From assembly GCA_009778715.1 (NCBI GenBank), contig WRFR01000005.1, forward strand, positions 1,761 through 65,760: a stretch of 64,000 bases of DNA, given 5' to 3'. Position 1 is the first letter of the stretch, and the number at the start of each line of letters is the position of its first letter. The notes under the pieces were generated by a model. It saw only the letters and a list, made by a program, of their open reading frames with translations, was not told the DNA's origin and made no database searches. This document shows positions 46,616 to 56,260 of this stretch, piece by piece. Origin of the DNA: Coriobacteriia bacterium. GTDB taxonomy: Bacteria > Actinomycetota > Coriobacteriia > WRKU01 > WQUG01. The translations under genes and the position numbers were made by a program.

Positions 46616-46653
46616 AGTTGCGGGGTGCTGGCACTTTCCAGTGCCTCGCAACT
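46616..46653 (+). terminator. nested GC-rich hairpin downstream of the tad/FHA operon
   Basis: AGTTGCG…CGCAACT is the outer stem and GGCACT-TTCC-AGTGCC the inner hairpin. The downstream T-tract is weak. Confidence 0.35.
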
Positions 46654-46817
46654 AAGTTGTTTCATGATAGCACAGTAATAAGACATACAAAGCGCTCAAA
46701 CGAAAGTATCTGCTCCGATGGCCTTGACTCCAGACCTCTATTGTATTATTGTATTAGGTAGCTAGTACAATAAAGCATTGAGAGCCAACCAGGGAAACAC
46801 GGAAGGAGGCGAAGACG

Positions 46818-47204
46818 ATGATCCAGTTCACAGCGAGCAGTCCAATTTACACACAGATCAGCGAGCGCATCGGCATGCAGATCATGACTGCTGAATATCC
46901 AGCGGGTTCAGATCTGCCATCTGTGCGCGATCTGGCAGCTGACTTTGGAGTTAATCCCAACACGATGCAGCGCGCGTTATCTGATCTCGAGAGTCGAGGG
47001 CTTATCGATACGCATCGCACGGCGGGCCGTACGGTGACCGAAGACCAGCAGGCAATTGATCAGGCAAAGCAACAGCTTGTGAAGCGGCGTGCTGAAGAGT
47101 TCATCGAAAGCCTGAAAGTCTTCGGATACAGTACTGACGACCTGGCTGACATCATACGTCACAGCCACGAGGAAGGTGAGCGCAATGAGCATACTGGAAG
47201 TTAA
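46818..47204 (+). CDS. GntR-family (YtrA-subfamily) transcriptional regulator
   Basis: The GntR HTH is …LPSVRDLAADFGVNPNTMQRALSDLESRGLI… It is short at 128 aa and is followed by an ABC ATPase and permease. Confidence 0.75.
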   Translation: MIQFTASSPIYTQISERIGMQIMTAEYPAGSDLPSVRDLAADFGVNPNTMQRALSDLESRGLIDTHRTAGRTVTEDQQAIDQAKQQLVKRRAEEFIESLKVFGYSTDDLADIIRHSHEEGERNEHTGS

Positions 47205-47889
47205 GGAGCTAACAAAACGCTATACGAAAAGTGGTCCCGCAGTGCTTGGCAATGTTAGCATCACACTGGAAGCGGGAAAGATCGTTGGGCTTCTCGGTCC
47301 TAACGGGAGCGGCAAGACGACGCTCATTAAGATCATCTGCGGGTTGCTCACCTGCTCTGAGGGCCAGGTTCTGGTTGAGGGTAAGGCGCCGGGTAGAGAG
47401 ACCAAAAAGATCGTAGCTTATCTGCCTGATACCTCCTATCTTTCAGACTGGATGCGAGTTGACCAGGTACTTGAGTTCTTTACGGACTTCTATGCAGACT
47501 TTGATAAAGCGCGCGCGCTTAAGATGCTGAGCTTGCTTCAGATCGATCCTAAAAGCCGACTCAAATCACTGTCGAAGGGTACCAAAGAGAAGGTCCAGTT
47601 GATCCTCGTGATGAGTCGCGATGCCAAGCTTTATGTGCTCGATGAGCCAATCGGCGGTGTCGATCCGGCGGCACGTGACTACATCCTCAAAACAATCATC
47701 ACCAATTATTCTCCGGATGCGACCGTGCTCATTGCTACCCATCTGATCGCTGATATCGAGTCGGTGCTTGACGAGGTTATTTTTGTCAATCAGGGCGTAG
47801 TGGTCCTGCAAGACACGGTGGATCATATCCGCGAGGAACGCGGGCAGTCAGTTGACGAGATGTTCCGGGAGGTGTTTGCAGCATGTTAG
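47185..47889 (+). CDS. ABC transporter ATP-binding protein
   Basis: Walker A is GPNGSGKTT, the signature is LSKGTKEK and Walker B is LYVLDEP. Confidence 0.8.
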   Translation: MSILEVKELTKRYTKSGPAVLGNVSITLEAGKIVGLLGPNGSGKTTLIKIICGLLTCSEGQVLVEGKAPGRETKKIVAYLPDTSYLSDWMRVDQVLEFFTDFYADFDKARALKMLSLLQIDPKSRLKSLSKGTKEKVQLILVMSRDAKLYVLDEPIGGVDPAARDYILKTIITNYSPDATVLIATHLIADIESVLDEVIFVNQGVVVLQDTVDHIREERGQSVDEMFREVFAAC

Positions 47890-48623
47890 GTAAGCTGATC
47901 AAATATGAATTCAAAGCAACAGCGCGCTGGTTTTTGCCGGCGTTCGGAGTGGCCTTGCTGTTCGGCCTTGTGGGCTTGGTTGCCCAAGTAGCGATCGCAG
48001 GCCGGCCAGATTGGTGGGTGGTCATTTCGACGGTCCTCTACGGCGCTCTGATTTTGGCCTTTTTAACGTTTCCCTTGATAATGAGCATCTGGCATTTTAA
48101 TCATGACTTGCTCACAGATAGGGGCTATTTAATGTTCACGTTACCCGTGACTGCAGCGCAGCTCCTTTGGACAAAGGTTATCGTTGCAACAGTTTGGCAA
48201 GTACTCTCTGTTGTGGTTGCTTTGGTGTCAACTTCTCTGGTTGCTGTGGGGTCCGATGGGCAACTTCCTTTGATCTGGCGTTTGATCGCAGAGTCAGATC
48301 CGCGTTCAGAAGTCATACTTCTGGTGATCCTGATAGTGTTTGGGGTATTTGGCAGCGTCTTGATGTATTTTACTTCCTTGGCTTTCGGGCAGCTGTTCAA
48401 CAAACATCGGATTGCTGCCGCTCTGGGTGCTTCATTGGTACTCTATATGGTGACGCATATCATCGCGGTCTTTGCTCTAATTACGAGCGAGCCCATTAAC
48501 AAGCTGTTCACTGGCAGGTCAGACACAACCTTTTTGCCAATGGTCGCATTAATGATTCTCTATAACGTTGGCTACTTCTTGGTGACGCGGAATCTACTTA
48601 CGAAGAAGCTCAATCTGGTGTAG
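47883..48623 (+). CDS. ABC-2-type transporter permease (6 TM)
   Basis: It is a polytopic membrane protein translationally coupled to the ATPase. Confidence 0.5.
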   Translation: MLGKLIKYEFKATARWFLPAFGVALLFGLVGLVAQVAIAGRPDWWVVISTVLYGALILAFLTFPLIMSIWHFNHDLLTDRGYLMFTLPVTAAQLLWTKVIVATVWQVLSVVVALVSTSLVAVGSDGQLPLIWRLIAESDPRSEVILLVILIVFGVFGSVLMYFTSLAFGQLFNKHRIAAALGASLVLYMVTHIIAVFALITSEPINKLFTGRSDTTFLPMVALMILYNVGYFLVTRNLLTKKLNLV

Positions 48624-48711
48624 CTTTCTGGCAATGGTTATTACTGCGGAGGAGGCGGCATGTCAGAAATGACGCGCCGCCTCCCTGAGCTCGATAGAGG
48701 ACGATGTGTGC

Positions 48712-49251
48712 TTATACTCCCTGAGCCCATTCGAGTATTGGATCAAGTTGGTCTTTGCTCATCCAGTCAAGAACCGCCGGGCTATCCGGAGAATACGCTT
48801 CAAGTAGGGCGCGCTCCCAACCGACCAGCTCGTCTGGGGGCTTTTTCTCTAGTTGTGTTTTGATCACCCCGCAGAGCTTGCGATCAGGCCAGGTCATGCC
48901 CTTTTCATCCAGGCGACCTCGCAAGTAAAAGAACGGAAGCTCTGTCAACTCCGGCGCCAGGGCATGCTGACGAACTTTCTCGACAGCGTTTTCTTCATAG
49001 GGTGAAGCGCCGACCGCAAAGACCGCGACCTGCTTGTCCCGTAGCTGCGGGTAGTTCTTTTTGAGCCACTGGGCGCCTCTGATTCCCGAGGCAAAAACGC
49101 TTCCGCCGAGGATGATCCGATCATAGTCAGCAAGTTGCGAGACCTTGAGCGTTCCGGTTTCCGCCAGCTCTGCGCCCAGCTCATCAGCCAGCCATTGAGC
49201 GTACTTAAGGGCCGATCCATACTTTGATTTGTACAGGATTATTGTTTTCAT
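48712..49251 (-). CDS. flavodoxin-family protein
   Basis: The N-terminus is MKTIILYKSKYGSA… and it has a flavodoxin-like fold signature. It is 179 aa. Confidence 0.6.
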   Translation of the reverse strand: MKTIILYKSKYGSALKYAQWLADELGAELAETGTLKVSQLADYDRIILGGSVFASGIRGAQWLKKNYPQLRDKQVAVFAVGASPYEENAVEKVRQHALAPELTELPFFYLRGRLDEKGMTWPDRKLCGVIKTQLEKKPPDELVGWERALLEAYSPDSPAVLDWMSKDQLDPILEWAQGV

Positions 49252-49265
49252 CAGGGCTCCTTTTG

Positions 49266-49727
49266 TCAGGCTTCGGTTGTTGCGGCAATGGCGTCAAGGT
49301 TGTGCAGCAGCCGTGTTATCGTGCGCCGCGTGGCCGTGATGTCTGCGGAGCTGATCCCGTCGAACAGCGCGCTTACAAAAGCATTACCCGCTTTTGAGAT
49401 CCGCTCCATGGTTGCCTGCCCCTCATCGGTCATGAAAATCGCGTAGCTTCTTTTGTCAGTCTCTGCTTGCCGGATTTCCAGGTAGCCCTGCTGGGACAGC
49501 TCGCGCAGAAGCTTCATTGTGTTTTGACGCGTGCTTCCGTGTTGCCGCGCGATTTCGGTCACCGAGCTTCCCACAGGCATCTCGCGGACTATCAGCAAAA
49601 TCAGCCATTGTTTAAACGTAATGACGCCAGTAACGCTATTGCCGACCATTTGCAGGTGGTTCGCAAGCATTGGGGTAGCGCCAAACACGTAGCGCCGATC
49701 GCTCTCAGGCTCTCTCATTTTTGGCAT
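49266..49727 (-). CDS. MarR family transcriptional regulator
   Basis: It has a winged-helix MarR core (…SVTEIARQHGSTRQNTMKLLRELSQQGYLEIRQ…DKRSYAIFMTDEG…). Confidence 0.75.
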   Translation of the reverse strand: MPKMREPESDRRYVFGATPMLANHLQMVGNSVTGVITFKQWLILLIVREMPVGSSVTEIARQHGSTRQNTMKLLRELSQQGYLEIRQAETDKRSYAIFMTDEGQATMERISKAGNAFVSALFDGISSADITATRRTITRLLHNLDAIAATTEA

Positions 49728-50022
49728 AAGCGGTGTTCCTCGCTTTCATAGGCAACTAGTTGCCTATTACTATACGCAACCAATTGCCTATTGTCAAATA
49801 ATTATAAGAAGACAGACTGGGATGGAGCCATTTTGTCATTTGGCCTCTATGACAGCCTTCTTTCCATGGTTGTGTCCCGATTCTTCAGTCTGAGTAAGCT
49901 CTTGTTGTTACTTACCAAACTTTTACACTACCCTGCCGTCAGATTTTACAGCTTCATTTCACAATTAATTTAGCTGGAAACAACTGATTTGTTACTAAGA
50001 AGAACGAGGATAAGGAGCAAGA

Positions 50023-51084
50023 ATGCACAAGCATAGTTTACTCAAAGCGATCGTGGCGATCATGGTGATGGCCGTGATGGTAGCCAGTTTGATCGGATGT
50101 AGTTCGAAGACAACGGGTAATTCGAACACTTCAAGCACCACGTCCGGCGGCAAGATCACCGTCGTGTGGTACCCCAATGAATCGGCGGCAGATTTCGCGC
50201 CGGCAAGAGATGCTATTGCAAAGTATATCAAGCAGGCCACTGGCAAAGACGTCGTGAATATGACGACGACTGACTACACCGTGGCAATCGAAGCCATCGA
50301 CAGCGGCAAGGCACAAATAGCCTACATGGGCGCGCAAGGTTACGTACAGGCGCATGAGCAGAATTCTGCGGTACTGCCATTATTCACTTACTCGGGGCCG
50401 TCGGGTACGCTGTCCGACGCGCTCTATTACAGCAGGCTCTGCGTTAACGCTGCCGATGCCAGCCAGTATGAGTCGAACGGAACCTATTCGATCCAGAACA
50501 TTGCGGGCAAGAAGATATCGTTTGTGTCACAGAGTTCCACGTCCGGCTGGGCTATTCCGACCAGCGCGATTATAGGCAACTTCAAAAAAGATCCCAAGTG
50601 GAGCAATCTGGTGGTGAACGACCTGGCTCAGGGCGGACCCAACAAGCTGTTCTCGACTGTTCTGTTCGGGAATTCTCATCAGGGTGCCGCGGTCAATCTA
50701 CTGACGGGGAAGTGCGACGTTGCTGCATTTGACGATGACGATCTGACTCCATACGTACAGCTTGATTCCGGCACGGCGAACACGCCGGGCGCTGTTTATG
50801 AGATCGCAAAGGGCGCCTCGGCCCCTTTTGATACCTTGACGGGCAAGAAATTCACGGTCATTGGGGCATATCCAGTCCTCAATGAGCCTTTTGTGTACAA
50901 CTCGAAGAGCCTGAGTTCAAGTGATGCGGACAAAATACTGAATGTCATGACCTCAGACACGGTATCAAACGACACGCTGATCTTTGACCCCAACGGGAAA
51001 GGCCTGCTGAGCAAGACCAAGGATGAGCACTTCATCAAAGTCACTGACGAGTGGTATCAACCCATCCGCGATCTGGGAGTGTAG
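50023..51084 (+). CDS. phnD: phosphonate ABC transporter substrate-binding lipoprotein
   Basis: It has a lipobox (LIGCSS) and a PhnD/SsuA-family binding domain. It is the first gene of the phn-like operon. Confidence 0.75.
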   Translation: MHKHSLLKAIVAIMVMAVMVASLIGCSSKTTGNSNTSSTTSGGKITVVWYPNESAADFAPARDAIAKYIKQATGKDVVNMTTTDYTVAIEAIDSGKAQIAYMGAQGYVQAHEQNSAVLPLFTYSGPSGTLSDALYYSRLCVNAADASQYESNGTYSIQNIAGKKISFVSQSSTSGWAIPTSAIIGNFKKDPKWSNLVVNDLAQGGPNKLFSTVLFGNSHQGAAVNLLTGKCDVAAFDDDDLTPYVQLDSGTANTPGAVYEIAKGASAPFDTLTGKKFTVIGAYPVLNEPFVYNSKSLSSSDADKILNVMTSDTVSNDTLIFDPNGKGLLSKTKDEHFIKVTDEWYQPIRDLGV

Positions 51085-51090
51085 ACAAAC

Positions 51091-51930
51091 ATGAGTTTGC
51101 CAGGATCTGAAATACTGAACATCAAAAACCTCAGCAAAGTCTATAGCAAAAATGATGCCAAGGCCCTCAACGATGTCTCGCTGACCATTAACAGTGGTGA
51201 GTTCGTATCAGTGATTGGGCCTTCGGGCGCCGGAAAATCTACGCTTCTGCGTTGCATCAACCGTATGGTTGATGCAACGCAGGGTGAGGTCATTTTTGAC
51301 GGGCAGAACATTACCACGATCAAAGGCAAGGCGCTGCGCAGGGTCAGGACCAGTATCGGCATGATATTCCAAAACTATAACCTGGTCGAGCGGCTGAGTG
51401 TTCTTGAGAATGTGTTACATGGAAGGCTCGGGCATAAGTCAACTTTTGCCGGGTCCCTGGGACTTTATACCGAAGCTGAGAAAAAGGACGCATTCGACAT
51501 TCTCGATACCCTCGGTCTGATAAAGCATGCCTATAAACGATGCGACGAGCTGTCCGGAGGTCAGAAGCAGCGGGTCGGCATCGCCCGAGCCTTGATGCAG
51601 AATCCCAAATTGATTCTCTGTGACGAGCCTATCGCGTCATTGGATCCAAACTCTTCCAAGGTGATCATGGACCATCTGCTCCAGATCAATGAGACGATGG
51701 GCATTACCTGTATTGTGAATTTGCACCAGGTCGATTTTGCTCTTCGATACGCAGGCAGGATCATTGGGATAAATGAGGGCACGGTTATTTATGATGGTTC
51801 GTCTCAGGCTATTGACGAGCAACACTTGGCCGATATTTACCGGTCCGACCAGGAGGACCCGCCGCACCAGTCGGCACAAGCGACTTATATCAACGAGGTA
51901 GTGGCGTTTGAGATGGTCGCCCATGCCTGA
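51091..51930 (+). CDS. phnC: phosphonate ABC transporter ATP-binding protein
   Basis: Walker A is GPSGAGKST, the signature is LSGGQKQR and Walker B is LILCDEP. Confidence 0.85.
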   Translation: MSLPGSEILNIKNLSKVYSKNDAKALNDVSLTINSGEFVSVIGPSGAGKSTLLRCINRMVDATQGEVIFDGQNITTIKGKALRRVRTSIGMIFQNYNLVERLSVLENVLHGRLGHKSTFAGSLGLYTEAEKKDAFDILDTLGLIKHAYKRCDELSGGQKQRVGIARALMQNPKLILCDEPIASLDPNSSKVIMDHLLQINETMGITCIVNLHQVDFALRYAGRIIGINEGTVIYDGSSQAIDEQHLADIYRSDQEDPPHQSAQATYINEVVAFEMVAHA

Positions 51931-52741
51931 CAAGAGCACGGGCAGTGATAAGGACAAAGGCATCACGATACTGGGTAGGCGAAAGATAAGTATCGGCTTT
52001 GTCATTCTGGTCTTGCTGATACTTATGGAACTTGCGAGCCGGGCAACGGATTTCAGCATCGCAAACGGACTCGCTTCGATACCGACGGCGTTCGTTTGGA
52101 TGGGGACCCACCTGCTGCCGACGACGCAATCTTTCTCTAACCTTCCCACTATCTTAAGTGCGCTTTGGCAAACGATCCTGATGGCGCTGGCCGCCACCGT
52201 ACTGGCTGCTATCTGCGCGCTCTTCTTCTCGCTTATGGGAGCGCGGACTGTCTCACCTAACGCGATCATTGCCCGGGCGACCAGGATAGTAGCTGCGTTC
52301 TTTCGCAATATCCCAGATGTGGTTTGGACGATCATTCTGCTATTCTCATTTGGTCAGAATATGCTGACCGGGATCATCACTCTGTTTTTCACGACCTTTG
52401 GTATGCTCACCCGTTATTTTGTTGAAGTGATCGATGAGGTCTGCGAAGAGAGCGCGGAGGCGCTCAGCGCAACGGGCGCCAGCTTTTTCCAGATATTTGC
52501 CCAAGGGATCTACCCCTCGACCATACCTGAGGTCATCAACTGGACCCTGTTCATGGTGGAAACGAACATCAGGGATGCAACGCTGATCGGCATATTGACT
52601 GCTACTGGCATCGGATACGTGTTCAACTTGTTCTATACACGCATGGATTTCGCTTCCTGTGGCTTGGTTATCATTTCGCTGGCAGTAATTATCATTAGCT
52701 TGGAGCTGACGTCGGGTCGGATAAAGCGGGTAGTTGTATGA
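51908..52741 (+). CDS. phnE: phosphonate ABC transporter permease
   Basis: It has a PhnE-type permease core and TM helices. Confidence 0.75.
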   Translation: MRWSPMPDKSTGSDKDKGITILGRRKISIGFVILVLLILMELASRATDFSIANGLASIPTAFVWMGTHLLPTTQSFSNLPTILSALWQTILMALAATVLAAICALFFSLMGARTVSPNAIIARATRIVAAFFRNIPDVVWTIILLFSFGQNMLTGIITLFFTTFGMLTRYFVEVIDEVCEESAEALSATGASFFQIFAQGIYPSTIPEVINWTLFMVETNIRDATLIGILTATGIGYVFNLFYTRMDFASCGLVIISLAVIIISLELTSGRIKRVVV

Positions 52742-53610
52742 GCGCGCAGGTAGAAGTGCAACTGCCGAGCGCGAGTTCGCGCGGTATCGATCACTATATC
52801 GAAAAGACGCGCGGGAACAAGATCAAGATCGCGTCCCGACATAAGAGTAATACTGTGATCAAGATCACGATAATGGTCTTAATCTTATTGACCATTTATG
52901 CCTTCTTTGTTTTTGATTATCAGGGGATCAACATCGGACAGGCGATTTTGAGTGCGCTTCATTCGTTCAAGGTCGTCTTTTTGCAACCAAAAGCCACGAC
53001 TTATAGCATAGGGACCTTGGCAGAGGCGCTGCTGCTGTCGGTCTGCATGAGCTTTCTCTGTACGGCGCTGGGTGCCTTTGTCGCGCTCTTTGGGTCTTTG
53101 GTCTGCGCACACAACATCACCAAGGGTCTGATCAATACCGTGGCCCGGAGTCTGGTCTCGATCATTCGCGCGATACCGAACATCATCTGGGTGTTGCTTT
53201 TTGTGGTGTCAGCGGGGCTTGGCAGTGTGGCTGCAATCATTGGTCTGACGTTTCACAGCGCCGCCTACCTTACCAAGGCCTACGCGGACGCGATCGAACA
53301 AGCCGACGTCGGAGCGATCGAAGCGCTCAGGTCAAACGGTGCAGGTTTTATCCAGATATTGACCCAGGGCATTTATCCTTCGGTATTCACGTACCTGCTC
53401 TCTTGGACGTTCTTCAGGCTGGAGGTCAATTTTGTGAATGTGATCGCCGTTGGCGCGGCAGCGGGCGGCGGCGGGATCGGCTATAATCTGTTCGTTTCCG
53501 GGAACTTCTATATGGATTTGCATCAGACGGGGCTTATCACCTATGTCATCCTGATATCCGTTATCATCTTCGAGCAGATCTCGACTAGCATCAAATCAAG
53601 AGTGAAATGA
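52738..53610 (+). CDS. phnE: phosphonate ABC transporter permease (second copy)
   Basis: It is a paralogous PhnE permease, translationally coupled to the first. Confidence 0.75.
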   Translation: MSAQVEVQLPSASSRGIDHYIEKTRGNKIKIASRHKSNTVIKITIMVLILLTIYAFFVFDYQGINIGQAILSALHSFKVVFLQPKATTYSIGTLAEALLLSVCMSFLCTALGAFVALFGSLVCAHNITKGLINTVARSLVSIIRAIPNIIWVLLFVVSAGLGSVAAIIGLTFHSAAYLTKAYADAIEQADVGAIEALRSNGAGFIQILTQGIYPSVFTYLLSWTFFRLEVNFVNVIAVGAAAGGGGIGYNLFVSGNFYMDLHQTGLITYVILISVIIFEQISTSIKSRVK

Positions 53611-53653
53611 CCACTCGAAATCCGTGATCCTATGAGTAAAGAGGAGATTTAAA

Positions 53654-55498
53654 ATGATTAAAGCTGTTGTTTTTGACTGGGCAGGCACTATGGTCGACTA
53701 TGGTTGCATGGCGCCGGTAAAGGGTTTCATCGAAGGGTTCCGCAGTATTGGCTACGAGATCTCTGATGAGATGGCGCGCAAACCCATGGGAATCGCAAAG
53801 CTTGATCATACAAGGGCCATCGCTGCGATGATCGCCGAGCCGATCACTGAGGAGCAGATACTCGAGGCTTATCGGATCTTTGAGGAGACGATGTTCGCTG
53901 ACATAGAACAGTACTGCGACGTCCTGCCTTACGTGATAGAGGCAGTTGCCATGCTCAAACGGCAGGGGATACATGTTGGTTCGACGACGGGCTATACCGA
54001 CAAAATGATGGAAAAGGTCATCCCGGCGGCGGCGAGGCAGGGTTATACCCCCGACCTTTGTGTTACGCCCGACCAGGTCGCCAAAGGCAGGCCGTATCCC
54101 TACATGATGTGGCAAAATCTTATGCACTTCAACCTGACTGATCCCCGCGAAGTGATCAAGGTCGGTGACACTGTGGCCGATATCGAGGAGGGCAAAGCGG
54201 CTGATTGCTGGACTGTCGGCGTGATCATGGGGTCCTCTGACCTGGGTTTGACGCGTGATGAGGTCGCAGTCTTATCAGATGAGGAGTTGAAAAGCCGCAA
54301 GGCGGCGGTGCGCGCGCGCTATTATCAGGCTGGCGCAGATTACATCATCGGTGATATGAGCAGCCTCGCCAACGTGGTGGCCGATATTAACCGCCGTCTT
54401 GAACTCAGTGCGTCGCATAAGTTGCTGACTCCGGGGCCCCTCACTACGCGATCCAGCGTGAAGCGAGCCATGCTCACCGACCATTGCACCTGGGATGACG
54501 AGTACAAAGCAATCACGACCTCGGTCATGGACGATATCACGCATATTTCTGCTAATGATAGCTATGCGACTGTGCTGCTCCAGGGCAGCGGGTCGTATGC
54601 CGTTGAGGCGATGATCAACTGCCTGGTGGCGCCGGATGAGAAGATCCTGTTTTTAGTCAACGGCGAATATGGCAAGCGCATGCTGACCATCGCTGAGGAT
54701 TCTCACAGGGATTATGACTCGCTGGTTTTTGATGTGACGCGACCGGTAGAGCTGGAGGCAATCGAGCAGAAGCTTAAGGCGGACGCTGCCATTGATGTGG
54801 TCATCTTTGTCCACTGCGAGACCACGACCGGGGTACTCAACCCGCTGGAGGCGCTGGCGAAGCTCGCCAAGTCTTATGGTAAAAAGGTGTTGGTGGATGC
54901 GATGTCGAGCTTTGCTGCCTATGAGATTGATATGTTGAACCTGGATATCGATGCTTTGGCCGCCAGTTCAAATAAGTGCCTGGAAGGGCTGCCGGGCCTG
55001 TCCTTCGTTATCGCGAAGAAATCGCTTCTTGAAGCGAGCGAAGGAAACTCTCTGTCTCACAGCCTAGATCTCAATGACCAGTATCAGGGGTTGTATGCGG
55101 GCGGTGGGAAATTTCGCTTTACCTCCCCGACCAACATCCTGCTCGCGTTGCGGCAGGCGATCGACGAATATGGCAAAGAGGGGGGCTTGCCCGCACGACG
55201 GGCACGCTACCAGAAGAATCATGACGTACTGGTACGAGGCCTTGAAGAACTTGGCCTGCACTCTCTGGTTGATCCGGAGTATCAGTCCTACATCATCACG
55301 ACCTTTGATCTCGATGGCTTTGACTTTGCGGATCTCTACGCGATCCTGAAATCAAAGGGCTTCATTATCTATCCGGGCAAACTGACCTCCACGCCCACCT
55401 TCAGGCTGGGAAACATCGGCGACGTCTACCCCGAGGACATGGAGGCGCTGGTGAAAGCAATCGCCGGACAGATGGAGGATCTCTCACGAAAAGGGTGA
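53654..55498 (+). CDS. phnXW: bifunctional phosphonoacetaldehyde hydrolase (PhnX) / 2-aminoethylphosphonate-pyruvate transaminase (PhnW) fusion
   Basis: The N-terminal HAD motif is VVFDWAGTMVDYG, as in phosphonatase. The C-terminal ~360 aa form a class-V aminotransferase domain. The gene follows phnDCEE. Confidence 0.75.
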   Translation: MIKAVVFDWAGTMVDYGCMAPVKGFIEGFRSIGYEISDEMARKPMGIAKLDHTRAIAAMIAEPITEEQILEAYRIFEETMFADIEQYCDVLPYVIEAVAMLKRQGIHVGSTTGYTDKMMEKVIPAAARQGYTPDLCVTPDQVAKGRPYPYMMWQNLMHFNLTDPREVIKVGDTVADIEEGKAADCWTVGVIMGSSDLGLTRDEVAVLSDEELKSRKAAVRARYYQAGADYIIGDMSSLANVVADINRRLELSASHKLLTPGPLTTRSSVKRAMLTDHCTWDDEYKAITTSVMDDITHISANDSYATVLLQGSGSYAVEAMINCLVAPDEKILFLVNGEYGKRMLTIAEDSHRDYDSLVFDVTRPVELEAIEQKLKADAAIDVVIFVHCETTTGVLNPLEALAKLAKSYGKKVLVDAMSSFAAYEIDMLNLDIDALAASSNKCLEGLPGLSFVIAKKSLLEASEGNSLSHSLDLNDQYQGLYAGGGKFRFTSPTNILLALRQAIDEYGKEGGLPARRARYQKNHDVLVRGLEELGLHSLVDPEYQSYIITTFDLDGFDFADLYAILKSKGFIIYPGKLTSTPTFRLGNIGDVYPEDMEALVKAIAGQMEDLSRKG

Positions 55499-55561
55499 TA
55501 CTACTCTACTGATAAGTCCTCGTTATTAAAAAGTGTGGTATTGCTTCACAAATCTCGATGG

Positions 55562-55733
55562 GAGGAGCGATAATGCTCGAGGATTTTCAATCACTGGTAC
55601 AGGTAATTAATGCTGGCAGCTTCCGGGGCGTTATTTCCTGGGCCTTATGTATGGCGTATTATATTCGATGAGGGCGTCATTCTTGGCGCCATCGGTTACG
55701 GCGCTGAGAGACTCTTTTGCGTAGTCAATTCCA
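55562..55733 (+). pseudogene. remnant of a duplicated membrane-protein gene pair (5' end of a 56814-like gene joined to the 3' end of a 56246-like gene)
   Basis: Bases 55551-55601 (GGAGCGATAATGCTCGAGGATTTTCAATCACTGGTACAGG) are ~85% identical to the RBS and start of the 56814 gene. Bases 55662-55733 encode …GVILGAIGYGAERLF…, homologous to the C-terminus of the 56246 product (…GILLGAIGYGAKRLF…). The two pieces are in different frames. Confidence 0.45.
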
Positions 55734-55789
55734 GGAATGGATAGCGCGTCTCAGGCGGTTGCCAGACAAGATGAGGAGATGAGCGGCGT

Positions 55790-56185
55790 ATGAAGTTTTG
55801 GGTTCGTTGGCTTATTACGGCGATCGCGGTGGCATTCACGGTTTGGATCATGCCGGATCATTGGATGCACATTGACCCTAACAGTTCTTCGATTCTCGCT
55901 TTAGCAGTCATCTCGGTGATCCTTGCTTTCTTGAATGTGTTCATCAGACCCATGCTGAAGTTCTTTTCCTGCGGCCTCATGGTAGTTACGCTGGGACTCT
56001 TTTCGTTTGTGATCAATGCACTTCTCCTGTTATGTGCCGCATGGATCAGCCGACTGTTCGGCATCGGTTTTTATGTGAATGGTTTCTGGCCCGCTTTCTG
56101 GGGTGGCCTTATCATTTCGTTCGTGACTGCTGTCCTGAGTCTCTTTGTCAAGGACGATGATCATTCTGAAATCCGTACGCTCTGA
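55790..56185 (+). CDS. 4-TM membrane protein resembling the 'phage holin family' (Phage_holin_4_2-like)
   Basis: It is 131 aa with four hydrophobic helices and a charged C-terminal tail (KDDDHSEIRTL). Confidence 0.4.
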   Translation: MKFWVRWLITAIAVAFTVWIMPDHWMHIDPNSSSILALAVISVILAFLNVFIRPMLKFFSCGLMVVTLGLFSFVINALLLLCAAWISRLFGIGFYVNGFWPAFWGGLIISFVTAVLSLFVKDDDHSEIRTL

Positions 56186-56260
56186 GAAGCACACAGAATT
56201 ACTACAAGAATTGTTCGACAAGCGCGTTGCAGCTTAGGCGAGTAATTGAAAGGCGAGAGC

